Positions 9,220-19,590 are shown, numbered from the stretch's first letter. The stretch is DNA of 64,000 nucleotides from Planctomycetota bacterium (GCA_031409275.1 JANNXA010000044.1:1-64000); one strand, 5' to 3'. Numbers and translations: made by a program. The notes: generated from the letters alone by a model not told the origin.

Positions 9220-10857
9220 TCACTCCCTGCAACGCACCTCGAACTCCCGCGTCGGATCGAGCTCGGCCAGCGTGAAGGCGGTGCGGCCAAGCGTCGCGCG
9301 CGAAGCGCCGTCGCTGGAGCGCGAGTCCCAGGTGGCAACCAGGATGAAAGGAAGCGTCGTCGCCATGGCCTCGCGGTCGTGCGCCGCCGCTGCATACGAC
9401 AGCGCCCACAAGCCACCGAAGAGGACGAAGCGCCCGTCGCCGTCGGTGAACGCCCGCGGACCGAACACTCCCGCGTGCACGCTCGCACCGACGGCCGGCG
9501 TTCCGTCCGGCGTGAAGACGCGACCGCGCATGCAGTCGGGCCGGCCCGCGTCGTCGCGCTCGCGACGCGTAAAGCGCATCTCGAGCGTCTTCGTGGCACC
9601 GGAGCTTTCGTCGAACGGCACGAACTCATGCGCTCCGTAACCGACTCCGACGGTGCCGTCGCGCTCGCGATCGAGGCTGGCTAGGACGAGGAACTGGCGA
9701 CGAGCGATCGGAAGCACGAACTCGCCGAGCGCGTCGACCTGTTGGTCGAGCGGCACGGGATCGTGATGCTCCGAATCGGAGCCCGTGTAGACGGCGACAT
9801 GAGCGCCGCGCGCCGGCGTGTCGTCGGCGAAGAGGACGCGGCCGCGCACGACGTTCGCAGCGGCGGCCATCAGTTCGACGCACTCGGTCGCACGATCGCT
9901 GATCACCACGCCGTCGCGCAACGCGTGCGAGTAGGGGCCATCGGGCCAGAAGACGACGCTGTACTGCTCGCCCGGCGGCAACGACAGCCGCGCGTGGCCA
10001 TCGCGAACGGAGACGAAACGACGCCCCTCGCGCGCCTCGAACTGGCGCGACTGCCACCCTTCGCCGTCGGTCGCCGCGAGCCGGCGAATCGCCTCCTCGA
10101 AGCCAATCGGCCCGGGCGGCTGCGCATCGACCTCGCTGCGAGCGGGCAGGCTCGGAAAGAGCGGCGCGCGATCATCGGGCGGCGCGCCGCTCACGCTGAC
10201 GCGCGTGGTGACCACGGTGAAGAGCTCCTCGATCGACGGATCGCGCAGGCTGCGATCGACCACCAGCGCGACGCCCGACACCGGCACGCCGTCGACCCCG
10301 CCGCGAGCGCGGAGTTCAAGCTCGCCACAACGCGACAATGCCACCGTCACTTCGACGTCGGGATCGTGGGGTCCGAGCAACACGTCGGTGGTCGCCGGCA
10401 GGTAGCCCTCGTCGCATCCCGCGACGACGAACAGGCGTGTCCAGTACGACTCGACCACGACCGGGTTCTCGGCGTAGCCGCGCGCCTCGTAGGCGACCGT
10501 CTCTTCCTCGACGTCTTCGCGAGCGGCCACGAGCGGCACCGGCAGCGCGATCCACGCCTGCGGGAGCGGTGCACCGGTGACCCCATCGACGACGCGCAAG
10601 GTCACTCGCCCACGCTCCGGTTCGAGCGGCGACGCCGCATCGGCCACGCGCTGCGCGACGACGGGCAGCGGCATCGACAACGGCACCACCAGGGAGGGGC
10701 GCGTCGGCGGCGGGACGGCCAACGGGACTGGCCGGCGGTGCCACCACCGCTCGACGGCGACGGCGCCGAGCGCCAGCACCAGCGTCACCGCCAGCGACAC
10801 CCGTCTCCGACCGTTCCGGCCTGCGTCGCCGTCGCGCGACGCCGCGTCGTGTCCCAT
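9220..10857 (-). CDS. Membrane-anchored carboxypeptidase-regulatory-like (transthyretin-like beta-sandwich) repeat protein
   Basis: N-terminal TM helix. Repeats of RVVDGVTGAPL, VRGRVLFADDTPARGAHV and MRGRVFTPDGTPAVGASV...TDGDGRFVL. Confidence 0.7.
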   Translation of the reverse strand: MGHDAASRDGDAGRNGRRRVSLAVTLVLALGAVAVERWWHRRPVPLAVPPPTRPSLVVPLSMPLPVVAQRVADAASPLEPERGRVTLRVVDGVTGAPLPQAWIALPVPLVAAREDVEEETVAYEARGYAENPVVVESYWTRLFVVAGCDEGYLPATTDVLLGPHDPDVEVTVALSRCGELELRARGGVDGVPVSGVALVVDRSLRDPSIEELFTVVTTRVSVSGAPPDDRAPLFPSLPARSEVDAQPPGPIGFEEAIRRLAATDGEGWQSRQFEAREGRRFVSVRDGHARLSLPPGEQYSVVFWPDGPYSHALRDGVVISDRATECVELMAAAANVVRGRVLFADDTPARGAHVAVYTGSDSEHHDPVPLDQQVDALGEFVLPIARRQFLVLASLDRERDGTVGVGYGAHEFVPFDESSGATKTLEMRFTRRERDDAGRPDCMRGRVFTPDGTPAVGASVHAGVFGPRAFTDGDGRFVLFGGLWALSYAAAAHDREAMATTLPFILVATWDSRSSDGASRATLGRTAFTLAELDPTREFEVRCRE

Positions 10858-10958
10858 CGCTGCGCTCCCACGTTGGCGTCGGCGGCCAGCGCCAGGAGCG
10901 GCGCAGCACGGTCCGTCACCGACCGTGAATGCCGCCGACGGACGTGCGGAGCGTCAAA

Positions 10959-11345
10959 TCACCAAAGGTCGAAGGCAAGCAGGCTGAGCACGATCGTCGC
11001 GACATAGAGCGGAAAGAAGACGAGGTAGAGGCGGACGTGGATGCGCTTCCAGCCGCGCATTCCGGTCACGACCAGCGCGATCAGGGAGACCAACGCGAAC
11101 GACGCAACCCAGATGTGGATACGCAGCAGCTCCGGCGAGCGGACCGGGAAGTCCCAGCGCAGACCCCGCGCGAGCAGCTCGACCGCCAGCAGCCCGACCA
11201 GAACCATCAGCGCGCCCGTCTTGCCGAGGCGCTGATGCAGCGCGAGATTTCGGCGACGCACCTGGAAGGCGCGCACGAAGACGAAGAGCGCCGAGATCAT
11301 CAGGAGCTCGGCGAACCACAGGAAGGCCAGTTCCAGCGTCATCAC
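10959..11345 (-). CDS. DUF420-family membrane protein
   Basis: Four hydrophobic helices with RRRNLALHQRL, LRIHIWVA and WKRIH His pattern. Confidence 0.65.
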   Translation of the reverse strand: MMTLELAFLWFAELLMISALFVFVRAFQVRRRNLALHQRLGKTGALMVLVGLLAVELLARGLRWDFPVRSPELLRIHIWVASFALVSLIALVVTGMRGWKRIHVRLYLVFFPLYVATIVLSLLAFDLW

Positions 11346-11431
11346 GACTCCGATCGGGGACAGGAGCCGCGTCTTATAGTCCCGCGCCGTTCATGCCCCG
11401 CGGCGCATCCATGCCGCATGAGGAGAAGGCC

Positions 11432-13519
11432 GTGCTGCAGGAATTCCGCCGTGCCGTGCTGGCGATCGCGTTCGTCACCGCCCCGCTCGCGCACGCGGCC
11501 GACGCGCCCGCCAAAGGCGCGACGGCGGGACCCCCGCTCACGACGCAGGACCTCTTCCGCATGAAGCTGGTCAGCGCGGCGACGATCGCCCCCGACGGCT
11601 CGGCGATCGCGTACACGGTGGCGGTGCCGCGCGACCCGCTCGCCGGAAAGGACGGCCCGGGTTGGAGCGAGTTGTGGGTGGCCGGCGCCGATGGAAAGGT
11701 CCGCCCCTTCATCACCGGCGAGGTGAACGTCAGCGGCGTCGACTTCGCGCCGGACGGCAAGCGGTTGCTGTTCCTGGCCAAGCGCAGCGGCGACAAGGCG
11801 AAGAGCCTCTATGCCCTGCCGCTCGACGGCGGCGAGGCGCGCAAGCTCTTCGAGCACGAAAGCGACGTCACCAGCTTCGCCTTCCACCCGACGCTCGAGC
11901 GCATCGCCTTCACGACGACTCCGGTCGACAAGGGGCGCAAGGAGGCGATCGACAAGGGCTTCAGCCAGGAGGTCTTCGAGGAGGAGTGGGTCAACGCGCA
12001 GCTCTTCGTCGCCGACCTCGAACTGCGCGGCGCGAAGCCGCAGCTGATCCCGACGCAGGGCCACCCGACCGACCTGCGCTGGTCGCCCGACGGCCGCCGG
12101 CTGCTGATGGCGCTCGCGCCCGACCCGCTCGTCGACTCGTCCTACATGCGCCGCCAGCTGCACATCGTCGAGGTGCCGTCGGGCGAGGTGGTCGCCAAGC
12201 CCGACCACGACGGCAAGCTCGGCATGTCGACCTTCAGCCCGAGCGGACGTCTGGTGGCCTTCATCTCCGCGAAGGACAACCACGATCCCCAGCAGGGGCG
12301 GCTGATGGTGGCGAACGCGGCCGGCGGCTTCACCAAGGAGCTGCTGCCCGACTTCCTTGGCCACTTCGTCAGCTGCGCCTTCATCGATGACGACACGCTG
12401 CTCTACCTCGCCGATCGCGGCTGCGAGACGCTGATCGGCAGCATCGAGGCCGACGGCAGCAGCAACGTCGAGCTGCTGGCGGAGCCCGGCTTCGTCGTCT
12501 CGACGTTGGCGCTCGCGAAGGACGGCAAGCATGCGGCATTGGTCGCCCACACCGCGCAGTTCGGCAACGAGCTCTTCTCGTGGGACGTCGGTGGCGCGAA
12601 GCGGCGGCTGACCACGCTGAACCCGTGGCTCGCCGATCGCGACCTCGGACGGCAGGAAGTGGTGCGCTACAAGGCGCGCGACGGCCTCGAGATCGAGGCG
12701 CTGCTGGTGTGGCCGCAGGGTCGCAAGCAGGACGACGCGGGCGCGAAGGTTCCGCTGGTCGTGATCGTGCACGGCGGACCGGAGGCGCACTACCGCAACG
12801 GCTGGATCACGCGCTACAGCGAGCCGGCGCAGGTGCTCGCGGGCAAGGGCTACGCGGTCCTGCTGCCCAATTACCGCGCCAGCACGGGCCGCGGGGTCGA
12901 GTTCTCGATGCTCGACCACAAGGACCCAGCCGGCAAGGAGTTCGACGACCTCGTCGATGGCGTCGACTTCCTGATCGCGAAGGGCATCGTCGATGGCGCC
13001 AAGGTCGGCGTCACGGGCGGCAGCTACGGCGGCTATGCCTCGGCCTGGTGCGCCACCAGGTACACGGCGCGCTTCGCCGCCGCCGTGATGGGCTTCGGCG
13101 TCTCGAACCTGCTGTCGATGATGGGGACCTCCGACATCCCCGACGAGCACTACCTCGTCCATCACCGCATGCACGTCTGGGACGACTGGCAGCTCTTCCT
13201 CGAGAGGAGCCCGATCTTCCACGCCGCGCAGAGCAAGACGCCGCTGCTGATCCTCGCCGGCAAGGCCGATCCGCGCGTGCCGCCGTCGCAATCGATGGAG
13301 CTCTATCGCTACCTGAAGGTGGCCGGCCATCCCGCCGTGCGCCTGGTGCAGTATCCGGGCGAAGGCCACGGCAACGCGCGCGCCGCGAGCCGCCTCGACT
13401 ACCACGCGCGACTGCTTCAGTGGTTCGACCACTACTTGATGGGCGCCGGCGGTCCGCCGCCCGCCGACGAAGTCGACTACAAGGGGTTCGTCACGGGCGA
13501 TTCGAGCGCGAAGGGGTGA
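11432..13519 (+). CDS. S9 family (prolyl oligopeptidase / acylaminoacyl) peptidase, secreted
   Basis: Signal peptide, PD40-like propeller (APDG, SPDG), VHGGP, GGSYGG nucleophile, D.RVP, EGHG. GTG start after AGGAG. Confidence 0.95.
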   Translation: MLQEFRRAVLAIAFVTAPLAHAADAPAKGATAGPPLTTQDLFRMKLVSAATIAPDGSAIAYTVAVPRDPLAGKDGPGWSELWVAGADGKVRPFITGEVNVSGVDFAPDGKRLLFLAKRSGDKAKSLYALPLDGGEARKLFEHESDVTSFAFHPTLERIAFTTTPVDKGRKEAIDKGFSQEVFEEEWVNAQLFVADLELRGAKPQLIPTQGHPTDLRWSPDGRRLLMALAPDPLVDSSYMRRQLHIVEVPSGEVVAKPDHDGKLGMSTFSPSGRLVAFISAKDNHDPQQGRLMVANAAGGFTKELLPDFLGHFVSCAFIDDDTLLYLADRGCETLIGSIEADGSSNVELLAEPGFVVSTLALAKDGKHAALVAHTAQFGNELFSWDVGGAKRRLTTLNPWLADRDLGRQEVVRYKARDGLEIEALLVWPQGRKQDDAGAKVPLVVIVHGGPEAHYRNGWITRYSEPAQVLAGKGYAVLLPNYRASTGRGVEFSMLDHKDPAGKEFDDLVDGVDFLIAKGIVDGAKVGVTGGSYGGYASAWCATRYTARFAAAVMGFGVSNLLSMMGTSDIPDEHYLVHHRMHVWDDWQLFLERSPIFHAAQSKTPLLILAGKADPRVPPSQSMELYRYLKVAGHPAVRLVQYPGEGHGNARAASRLDYHARLLQWFDHYLMGAGGPPPADEVDYKGFVTGDSSAKG

Positions 13520-13550
13520 GCGCGGCGGCGCGCGCACCGCAGCGCGGCCC

Positions 13551-13895
13551 TCAACTCGGGCCGAGCCGCGCCTCCACTCCGGCGACGAGCAGATCGACGA
13601 GTTCCGGATCCATGAACGGGTAGTCGTCCGGGATGTCGAGGACGTGGATCGGGCGCGCGCCGACGGCGTCTCGATGAGCTTGCAGCTGCTGCTGCCGGTG
13701 GCGCGACTCCATCACGAAGATCACGTCGGCCCACGCGACGTCATCCGTAGCAAGACGCCGCACCGCGCTCGAGCTCAGCCCACGCGAGCGAGCGTCGAAA
13801 CGAGGCGATCTCGCGAAGAGCCGCTGCGCCGTCGGGCTGCGCCAACGGTTCCGGCTGCAGACGAACAGCAGCTTTTGCCGCGCTTGCTTCGCCAT
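13551..13895 (-). CDS. Low-molecular-weight protein-tyrosine-phosphatase-like protein
   Basis: LFVCSRNRWRSPTA (CX5R), WADVIFVME, LDIPDDY. Confidence 0.9.
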   Translation of the reverse strand: MAKQARQKLLFVCSRNRWRSPTAQRLFARSPRFDARSRGLSSSAVRRLATDDVAWADVIFVMESRHRQQQLQAHRDAVGARPIHVLDIPDDYPFMDPELVDLLVAGVEARLGPS

Positions 13896-13899
13896 CGCC

Positions 13900-15828
13900 T
13901 CAGCGCTCGTCGCCCTCGTCCTGCTCCTCTTCGCCGTCGGCTGCCAACGGCTCGATCGCGTCGGCCGCGGGGTGCAGCGTCGAGAAGAACGGGGTCGCGG
14001 CGTCTTGCGCCAGATCTCGCCAGCAGTCGATCGGGCAGTCGTTGCAGATCTGACCGAAGAACTCCTCGACGAGCCCGCGCTGGAGCTGCGTCGCCAGCGT
14101 CACCGCGTCGGAGGCGCTGAGCGTCCCACCTTCCGGTTGCAGTGCCGCGACGAGCTCCGGCTGCGGCGCGGCGCCGGCGGCGCGACGACTGACCAGCTTT
14201 CCTTCGCGGCGCAGCGCCACGACCGCGGCCGCGACGCGCTGCGCGAGCTGCTCGAGCGCCGCTTCCCGCGGCCGTCGCGAGGGCGCGACGAGGTGCAGCG
14301 AGTTCTCGAGCAGCAGCGACGCGTACTCGGTCACGTCGAGCCGCGCCAGATCCTCGCCGCGTGGCAGGCGGACGTCGCGGAAGAGGCGTTCCTTCAGCCC
14401 TTGGCGCAGCTCGGGGTCCCCGAGCTCGCCGGCCAACGCCACTGGCTCGAGCTGCGACTGCACCAGGAAGAACGAGCGCGCGACGATGCCGAAGAAGAGC
14501 TCGTTGGTCGGCGCCACGACGCACGGCGTCGACGCCTCGGCGTGCTCGGTCAGCGCGTCGCCACGGAACGACGTCTGCGCCGGCCACGCCAATGCGCGCA
14601 GCAGCAGCGCCAGCGGCGTCTCGCGACGCAACTCGTGCCAGAGACCCATGTAGGAAGCCATGGCGGTGAGGCGCACACGCAGCGGCTCGCGATCGAGCTT
14701 GGGCAGCGCCGCCTCGGCCCAGTCGTCGGCGACGTGGTCGGCTCGCGGCAACTCGACGCCTGCGTCAAGAAGGTCGCCCGCATCGAGGAACCAGGAGGCG
14801 TACTCGCCGCGGCGGAACAACGCCTCGACCGGCTCGGGCGGCATCGTGATCACCAGCGGAGCGCTCGGCGCGGGTCGCGGCGCGAGCTTGACTGGCGCCA
14901 GCAACGCCAGCGACTGCGCATCCGCTTCGGAGAGTTCGTGACCCGCCTTGTGGCCACGCTCCGCCGCGTCGGCCAGCAGTCGCGCCGCCAGCTCGACGGG
15001 CGCGCGCACGAAGTCCACGCCATCGACTCGAACCTCGTCCAGCAGCTTCTCGATCGCCTTCTTCGACTGGCGCGGGAAGACGATGACGTCCTCGACGCCT
15101 CCATGCACCGCGAAGGCGACGTGCAGCACCGTGTGGCTCGAATCGGGATTGCGGATGCCAGCGAAGAGGGTCGCGCCACCGATGCCATCGCAGCTCGACA
15201 GCCACGCGAATCCTTCGACGAGGCGCGGGCGCGCCGCGTCGGCCGCGAGCGCTTGATCCACCACCGCCTTCAGCTCGACCGACAGGGGCTTGGCCAACAG
15301 CGGCTCGTAGAGCAGCGGCGCGGGAGTCCCGCAACGAGCGCGCGCGCGTTCGAGGCGCGCAAGCAGCGGCGCTTGCAACGGGAGCGGCAGCTCGAGCAGC
15401 GCGGCCGCGATGGCGACGCCGTCGTTCGGCGTCGCGACCAGCTCGGCCACCCGCTCGACCAACGCGGCCTCGAACTCGGGCGGGACGGCGCGCAGGCGGG
15501 CCAGCGCAGCGGCACGCGCGGCGTCGGGCGTCGGCCCGGCGGGCTCGCTGCCCAGCGCCGCGCTGCTCGCGGAATCGACCGCCACCAACCAACCGTGGTC
15601 GGGCGCGAGCTTCCCGAGCAGCTCGACCAGCGCGGCCTCTTCCTCGCCGCTCTCTTCGTCGTCCTCGGCCGCGCTCTGCGCATCCTCGATCGCGTCTTCG
15701 ATCGCCGCGATCAACGCCCCCTTGCTGCAGCCGCTGGTACGGACGGCGAGGTCGGCGTCATGCAGCGGCGGGAACGCGAGGAGGTCGTGGAGGATCGAAC
15801 GCGGATCGGCGGCGGAATCGCGGCTCAA
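13900..15828 (-). CDS. Hypothetical helical protein with C-terminal Cys cluster
   Basis: Long ORF with coding-like composition. SSCDGIGG motif and C-terminal CNDCPIDC. Confidence 0.7.
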   Translation of the reverse strand: MSRDSAADPRSILHDLLAFPPLHDADLAVRTSGCSKGALIAAIEDAIEDAQSAAEDDEESGEEEAALVELLGKLAPDHGWLVAVDSASSAALGSEPAGPTPDAARAAALARLRAVPPEFEAALVERVAELVATPNDGVAIAAALLELPLPLQAPLLARLERARARCGTPAPLLYEPLLAKPLSVELKAVVDQALAADAARPRLVEGFAWLSSCDGIGGATLFAGIRNPDSSHTVLHVAFAVHGGVEDVIVFPRQSKKAIEKLLDEVRVDGVDFVRAPVELAARLLADAAERGHKAGHELSEADAQSLALLAPVKLAPRPAPSAPLVITMPPEPVEALFRRGEYASWFLDAGDLLDAGVELPRADHVADDWAEAALPKLDREPLRVRLTAMASYMGLWHELRRETPLALLLRALAWPAQTSFRGDALTEHAEASTPCVVAPTNELFFGIVARSFFLVQSQLEPVALAGELGDPELRQGLKERLFRDVRLPRGEDLARLDVTEYASLLLENSLHLVAPSRRPREAALEQLAQRVAAAVVALRREGKLVSRRAAGAAPQPELVAALQPEGGTLSASDAVTLATQLQRGLVEEFFGQICNDCPIDCWRDLAQDAATPFFSTLHPAADAIEPLAADGEEEQDEGDER

Positions 15829-15893
15829 GGCGAGGCTCCAGGGGGCGCACGCGGAGCGCGCGGGGCCGCGGACAGTAGCGCGCGGCGCCGCCG

Positions 15894-16712
15894 TCAGCTC
15901 GCCGACGGCGGCGTACGGCCGTGATCACGCGCCACGGCGCGTGCGAACCACCAATCGAGCAGCCACGGCGCCAGCGCGCTCGCAGCGATCAGCGCACGAC
16001 CGGGCAGCCCCATCACGAGGCGCGAACGACGCCTCGCCATCGCGCGTGCGATGCGACGGGCGGCCTCCTCGGCGCTCATCGTGAAGGCGCTTCGGAAGTG
16101 GCGTGGATGGGTGCCGACGATGACGCGGTGATCGGCGAATGGGGTCGCCGTCAATCCTGGTTCGACCTGCAGCACCTGCACTCCGAAACGCGACTCCTCG
16201 GCACGCAACGCTTCGCTGAACGACGCGAGCGCCGCCTTCGTCATGCAGTAGGCGCCGAGTGCCGGCACGCCGCGCCGTCCCACCACCGAGCCGACGTTCA
16301 CCACCATCCCGCGCGCGCGACGCAACGCCGGCAACGCCGCTTGCGTCGCCTCGACCACCGCCTGGACGTTCACGGCGAACAGACGCTCGAGTTCGGGGCG
16401 CGGCGCCTGCGCAAGGAACGCGGAGAGCCCGTAGCCGGCGTTGTTGATCAGCACGTCGAGGCGACCCAAGCGCGCCAGTGCCTTCGCCACCAGTTGCTGC
16501 GCAGCGCCCGGCGTTGAGAGATCGGCGCACATCACCTCGGCTCGGCCGCCCGCAGCGACGACCGCTCGCGCGGCGTCCGCGAGGCGATCCTGGTCGCGCC
16601 CGGCCAGCACCAGCGATGCACCCGAACGGGCCAGCTCGACGGCGAGCGCGCGGCCGATGCCGCTGCTGGCGCCGGTCAGGAGGATGGCGAGCGGCGGCGC
16701 GGAGTCGGTCAT
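15894..16712 (-). CDS. SDR family NAD(P)-dependent oxidoreductase
   Basis: TGASSGIG, NNAG, YCMTK. Confidence 0.95.
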   Translation of the reverse strand: MTDSAPPLAILLTGASSGIGRALAVELARSGASLVLAGRDQDRLADAARAVVAAGGRAEVMCADLSTPGAAQQLVAKALARLGRLDVLINNAGYGLSAFLAQAPRPELERLFAVNVQAVVEATQAALPALRRARGMVVNVGSVVGRRGVPALGAYCMTKAALASFSEALRAEESRFGVQVLQVEPGLTATPFADHRVIVGTHPRHFRSAFTMSAEEAARRIARAMARRRSRLVMGLPGRALIAASALAPWLLDWWFARAVARDHGRTPPSAS

Positions 16713-16743
16713 GGGCGCGATCTTGCCGTCGCGCGCGAGAGAC

Positions 16744-18621
16744 TCACTGAATGGCGACTTCGACCCAGTTGGTCCAGCTGCCATCCTTGCGACGCCCGCC
16801 GAGCCTGGAACCGACCAAAGCCTGCGCCAACAGCGTGACGCCGCTCAGCGCCGGGTCGGCCTCGATGTCGAACGCGAGATCGAAGCGATCACCGGCGAAA
16901 CTCGGCTCGACCCAGACGACGAAGTAGGGAGCGATGGCGAGTCTGCCGCGATAGGGCGGCGTCGCGATCGACAAGGCCGGCGGGACACCGGCAATCAGCA
17001 TCAACGTATCGTTGCGCTCGATGAAGGTCGACCACACCCCGCCGCCACCTGGCACGAGGTCGCCCACTACAGTGATGGCCGGCGTCCGCTTGAAGATCGC
17101 CTCAGCCCTTCCGAATCGCGTCTCGACGGCGAGCGTCGCCAGTCCAGCTTCACCGACCGGCACACTCAGTCGCAGATTCCCGGCGTCGAGAAGAACGAGG
17201 TCGCGCGCCGGTTCGCCGTCCAAGGTCACCACGAGGCCCGCTTCGGCACGGAACGAACCGCCGTTGCAGAGCACCACGGTCTCGTCCCGAGCATCGCCAC
17301 GATCGGGCGACATGGTGAGCAGCGTCGGTGCGCGGCATTCGTAGCGGACGACCGTGCCGGCGTAGCCATTCGCCGTGCCGATCGAAGCGACCAACAGGTC
17401 GCCCTCGCCATCGCCGTCGGCATCGCCCATGGCCGCGAGGCCCGCGCTGAGCCGCTCGCGAATTGCGCCGTCGATGTGGGTGATCTCAGAGCCGTCGGCA
17501 CCTGACAGCACCTGCAGTTGGCCGTTGTTGTCGCTGCCATGCGTCGGATGGCTGACCAACAGATCCCCGACCCCATCTCGGTCGAGGTCGCCCGCGTCGG
17601 CGAGCAGGAGCCCCGCGAGATCACCATCTTCAGCGCCATCGGCGCGCCACAACTCGCTCCCGGTCTTCCCGGAGTAGAGGTAGATCCTCCCCTTCTGCCC
17701 GGCGCCGAAGGCCCACGCGCCGGTCAAGTAGTCGCGCACGCCGTCCGCGTCGACATCGGCGAGCGAAGTGGTGCTCCAGCCGTAGAGGTCGACGGCGAAC
17801 ATGGAGCTGTTTTCGCCGTAGTGATTGCGCAGGACCGACCCGTCGCTGCCCGAGCGGACTTGCAAGCGGCCGACGACGTTGTTCGACGCATCGAGCCAGA
17901 ACGGAGAGCTGACCAGGAAGTCCGCGATGCCATCGCCGTCGACATCGTCGGTCCCGGCAAGAGCTTCGCCGAGGTTGCAGCCCGGCTGCGAGCTGATGAA
18001 GTGGATGAGTTGGAGACCGGTCGCCCCGTCGAAGACGTCGAAGCTAGCGGCGCCGGGGGCGCCGATGGCGACCTCGCCCACGCCATCGCCGTTCTGATCG
18101 CTCAACACGGCGATGGCGGCTCCGAACGTGTCGCCGGGCGTCGCACCGCTGAAGCTGCGCACGAGCGTTCCGTCCGCGCCCGAATAGAGCTGGACCGACC
18201 CGCTCACCGTACATCCTGCCACGTTCGGAGCACCGACCAGGACGTCACCGATGCCGTCACCGTTCACGTCGCCGGCAGCGCAGACCGCCGCGCCGAGCTG
18301 ATCGTCGAGGCTCGTGCCGCGCCAGGTGTGGAGGAGCCCGCCATCGGCACCCGAGACGAGGTAGGCGGCGCCGCCGTGCCAGGCGTTGACGCTGGAGCTC
18401 GGCGCGCCCGCGACGAAGTCGGAGATCGAGTCCCCATCGACGTCGCCCACCCAGGCGATCGCCTGCCCGAAGTCATCGAAGATCGCTTCACCGGCGCTGG
18501 TGAATTCCAGCTCCTGGGCCGAAGCCGCCGGGCCTGGCAGGACGGCGGCGACCACGGCAAGGAAGCCGGCGATCGCGCCTGGGCGCGCCGCGACGGCTCG
18601 ACGATCAAGAGGGGTCGGCAT
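16744..18621 (-). CDS. Secreted FG-GAP / integrin-alpha beta-propeller protein with IPT/TIG domain
   Basis: About seven repeats of FG....GDVDGDG..D.LVGAP...YSGADG, then an IPT-like segment and an SGVTLLAQAL C-terminal module. Confidence 0.9.
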   Translation of the reverse strand: MPTPLDRRAVAARPGAIAGFLAVVAAVLPGPAASAQELEFTSAGEAIFDDFGQAIAWVGDVDGDSISDFVAGAPSSSVNAWHGGAAYLVSGADGGLLHTWRGTSLDDQLGAAVCAAGDVNGDGIGDVLVGAPNVAGCTVSGSVQLYSGADGTLVRSFSGATPGDTFGAAIAVLSDQNGDGVGEVAIGAPGAASFDVFDGATGLQLIHFISSQPGCNLGEALAGTDDVDGDGIADFLVSSPFWLDASNNVVGRLQVRSGSDGSVLRNHYGENSSMFAVDLYGWSTTSLADVDADGVRDYLTGAWAFGAGQKGRIYLYSGKTGSELWRADGAEDGDLAGLLLADAGDLDRDGVGDLLVSHPTHGSDNNGQLQVLSGADGSEITHIDGAIRERLSAGLAAMGDADGDGEGDLLVASIGTANGYAGTVVRYECRAPTLLTMSPDRGDARDETVVLCNGGSFRAEAGLVVTLDGEPARDLVLLDAGNLRLSVPVGEAGLATLAVETRFGRAEAIFKRTPAITVVGDLVPGGGGVWSTFIERNDTLMLIAGVPPALSIATPPYRGRLAIAPYFVVWVEPSFAGDRFDLAFDIEADPALSGVTLLAQALVGSRLGGRRKDGSWTNWVEVAIQ

Positions 18622-18660
18622 GGAGGAACTACCCAACAACGGAATGGTGTCAGCCAACGA

Positions 18661-18740
18661 CTAGGTAAAAACCCTAGCCCCTCGGATCGCAATCAAAATT
18701 TTTTGACTCGTCCCAAGACTCGACGCGCGTCGAGCCGCTC
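18661..18740. promoter_or_regulatory. AT-rich divergent promoter region with operator-like palindromes
   Basis: ctagg-taaaaac-cctag, tcaaaa-tt-ttttga and ctcgacgcgcgtcgag lie between divergent genes. Confidence 0.4.
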
Positions 18741-18897
18741 GGCTTTGCGACGAACGCGAACGCAGCCAAGGTCCTTGAAACTGAACGGCATCGACGGGCG
18801 CTTCCGCCATCCGGCCGTGCAGCGATCGTTGAAGCTCGAAGCGAGCGCCGTGCCGCCTACGATGCAGCGTGCCGCGCGCCGCTCTGGAGCCCACCGC

Positions 18898-19590
18898 ATG
18901 GATCCTGCCGTCACCCCGCCGGGTTCGCTGGCCCTGAACGCCACGGAACGACGCATCCTCGGCGTGCTCATCGAGAAAGGGCTCACCACGCCCGAGTACT
19001 ACCCCTTGAGCGTCCACGCGCTCCTCGCGGGGTGCAACCAGAAGAGCAATCGCGAGCCGCTGACGAACTTCGACGAGGAGCAGGTCGAGGTCGGCCTGCA
19101 ATCGCTCGAACCACGCGGTCTCGTCTTGTCGGTACTCGGCGAATCGAGCCGCGTGGTGCGTTGGCGGCAGGAACTGGTGCGCAAACTGGAACTGTCGGTG
19201 GTGGAAATTGCCGTCTTGGGCGAGCTGCTGCTGCGCGGCGCTCAGAGCGAGGGCGACCTGCGCGGCCGAGCCAGCCGGATGCGACCGGTCGAATCGCTGG
19301 AAGCGCTGCGCGAGGTGCTGGAGAAGCTGCGGCGGCGCACGCCGTCGCTCGTCATGCGCCTGTCGCCCGAGGGGGCCGCGCGCGGCGCCCGCTGGACCCA
19401 CGCGATGGCGGCGCCAGAACAGCTCGCCAGGTGGCAGGCCGAGGAGGGGCGCGCCGGCGCCGCCGCGGCGCCCCGTCCCGCTGGCGGCGTGGAATCCCCC
19501 ACCCTCGCGGAATCGTCGACCAGCCTCGAGACCCTCGCCGCCCGCGTCGCCGCGCTCGAAGCACGGGTCGCGGCGCTCGAAGGACGCTGA
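18898..19590 (+). CDS. DUF480 (YceH-like) protein
   Basis: ERRILGVLIEKGLTTPEYYPLS..AL..GCNQKSNREP, LLLRGAQS.GDLRGRASRM, C-terminal coiled coil. Confidence 0.92.
   Translation: MDPAVTPPGSLALNATERRILGVLIEKGLTTPEYYPLSVHALLAGCNQKSNREPLTNFDEEQVEVGLQSLEPRGLVLSVLGESSRVVRWRQELVRKLELSVVEIAVLGELLLRGAQSEGDLRGRASRMRPVESLEALREVLEKLRRRTPSLVMRLSPEGAARGARWTHAMAAPEQLARWQAEEGRAGAAAAPRPAGGVESPTLAESSTSLETLAARVAALEARVAALEGR

Noticed and set aside
17518..19590. 690-aa ORF extension of DUF480 and many other long antisense or Arg-rich ORFs
   Set aside because: Shadow frames of genuine genes, with low-complexity R/A/P composition and no motifs.
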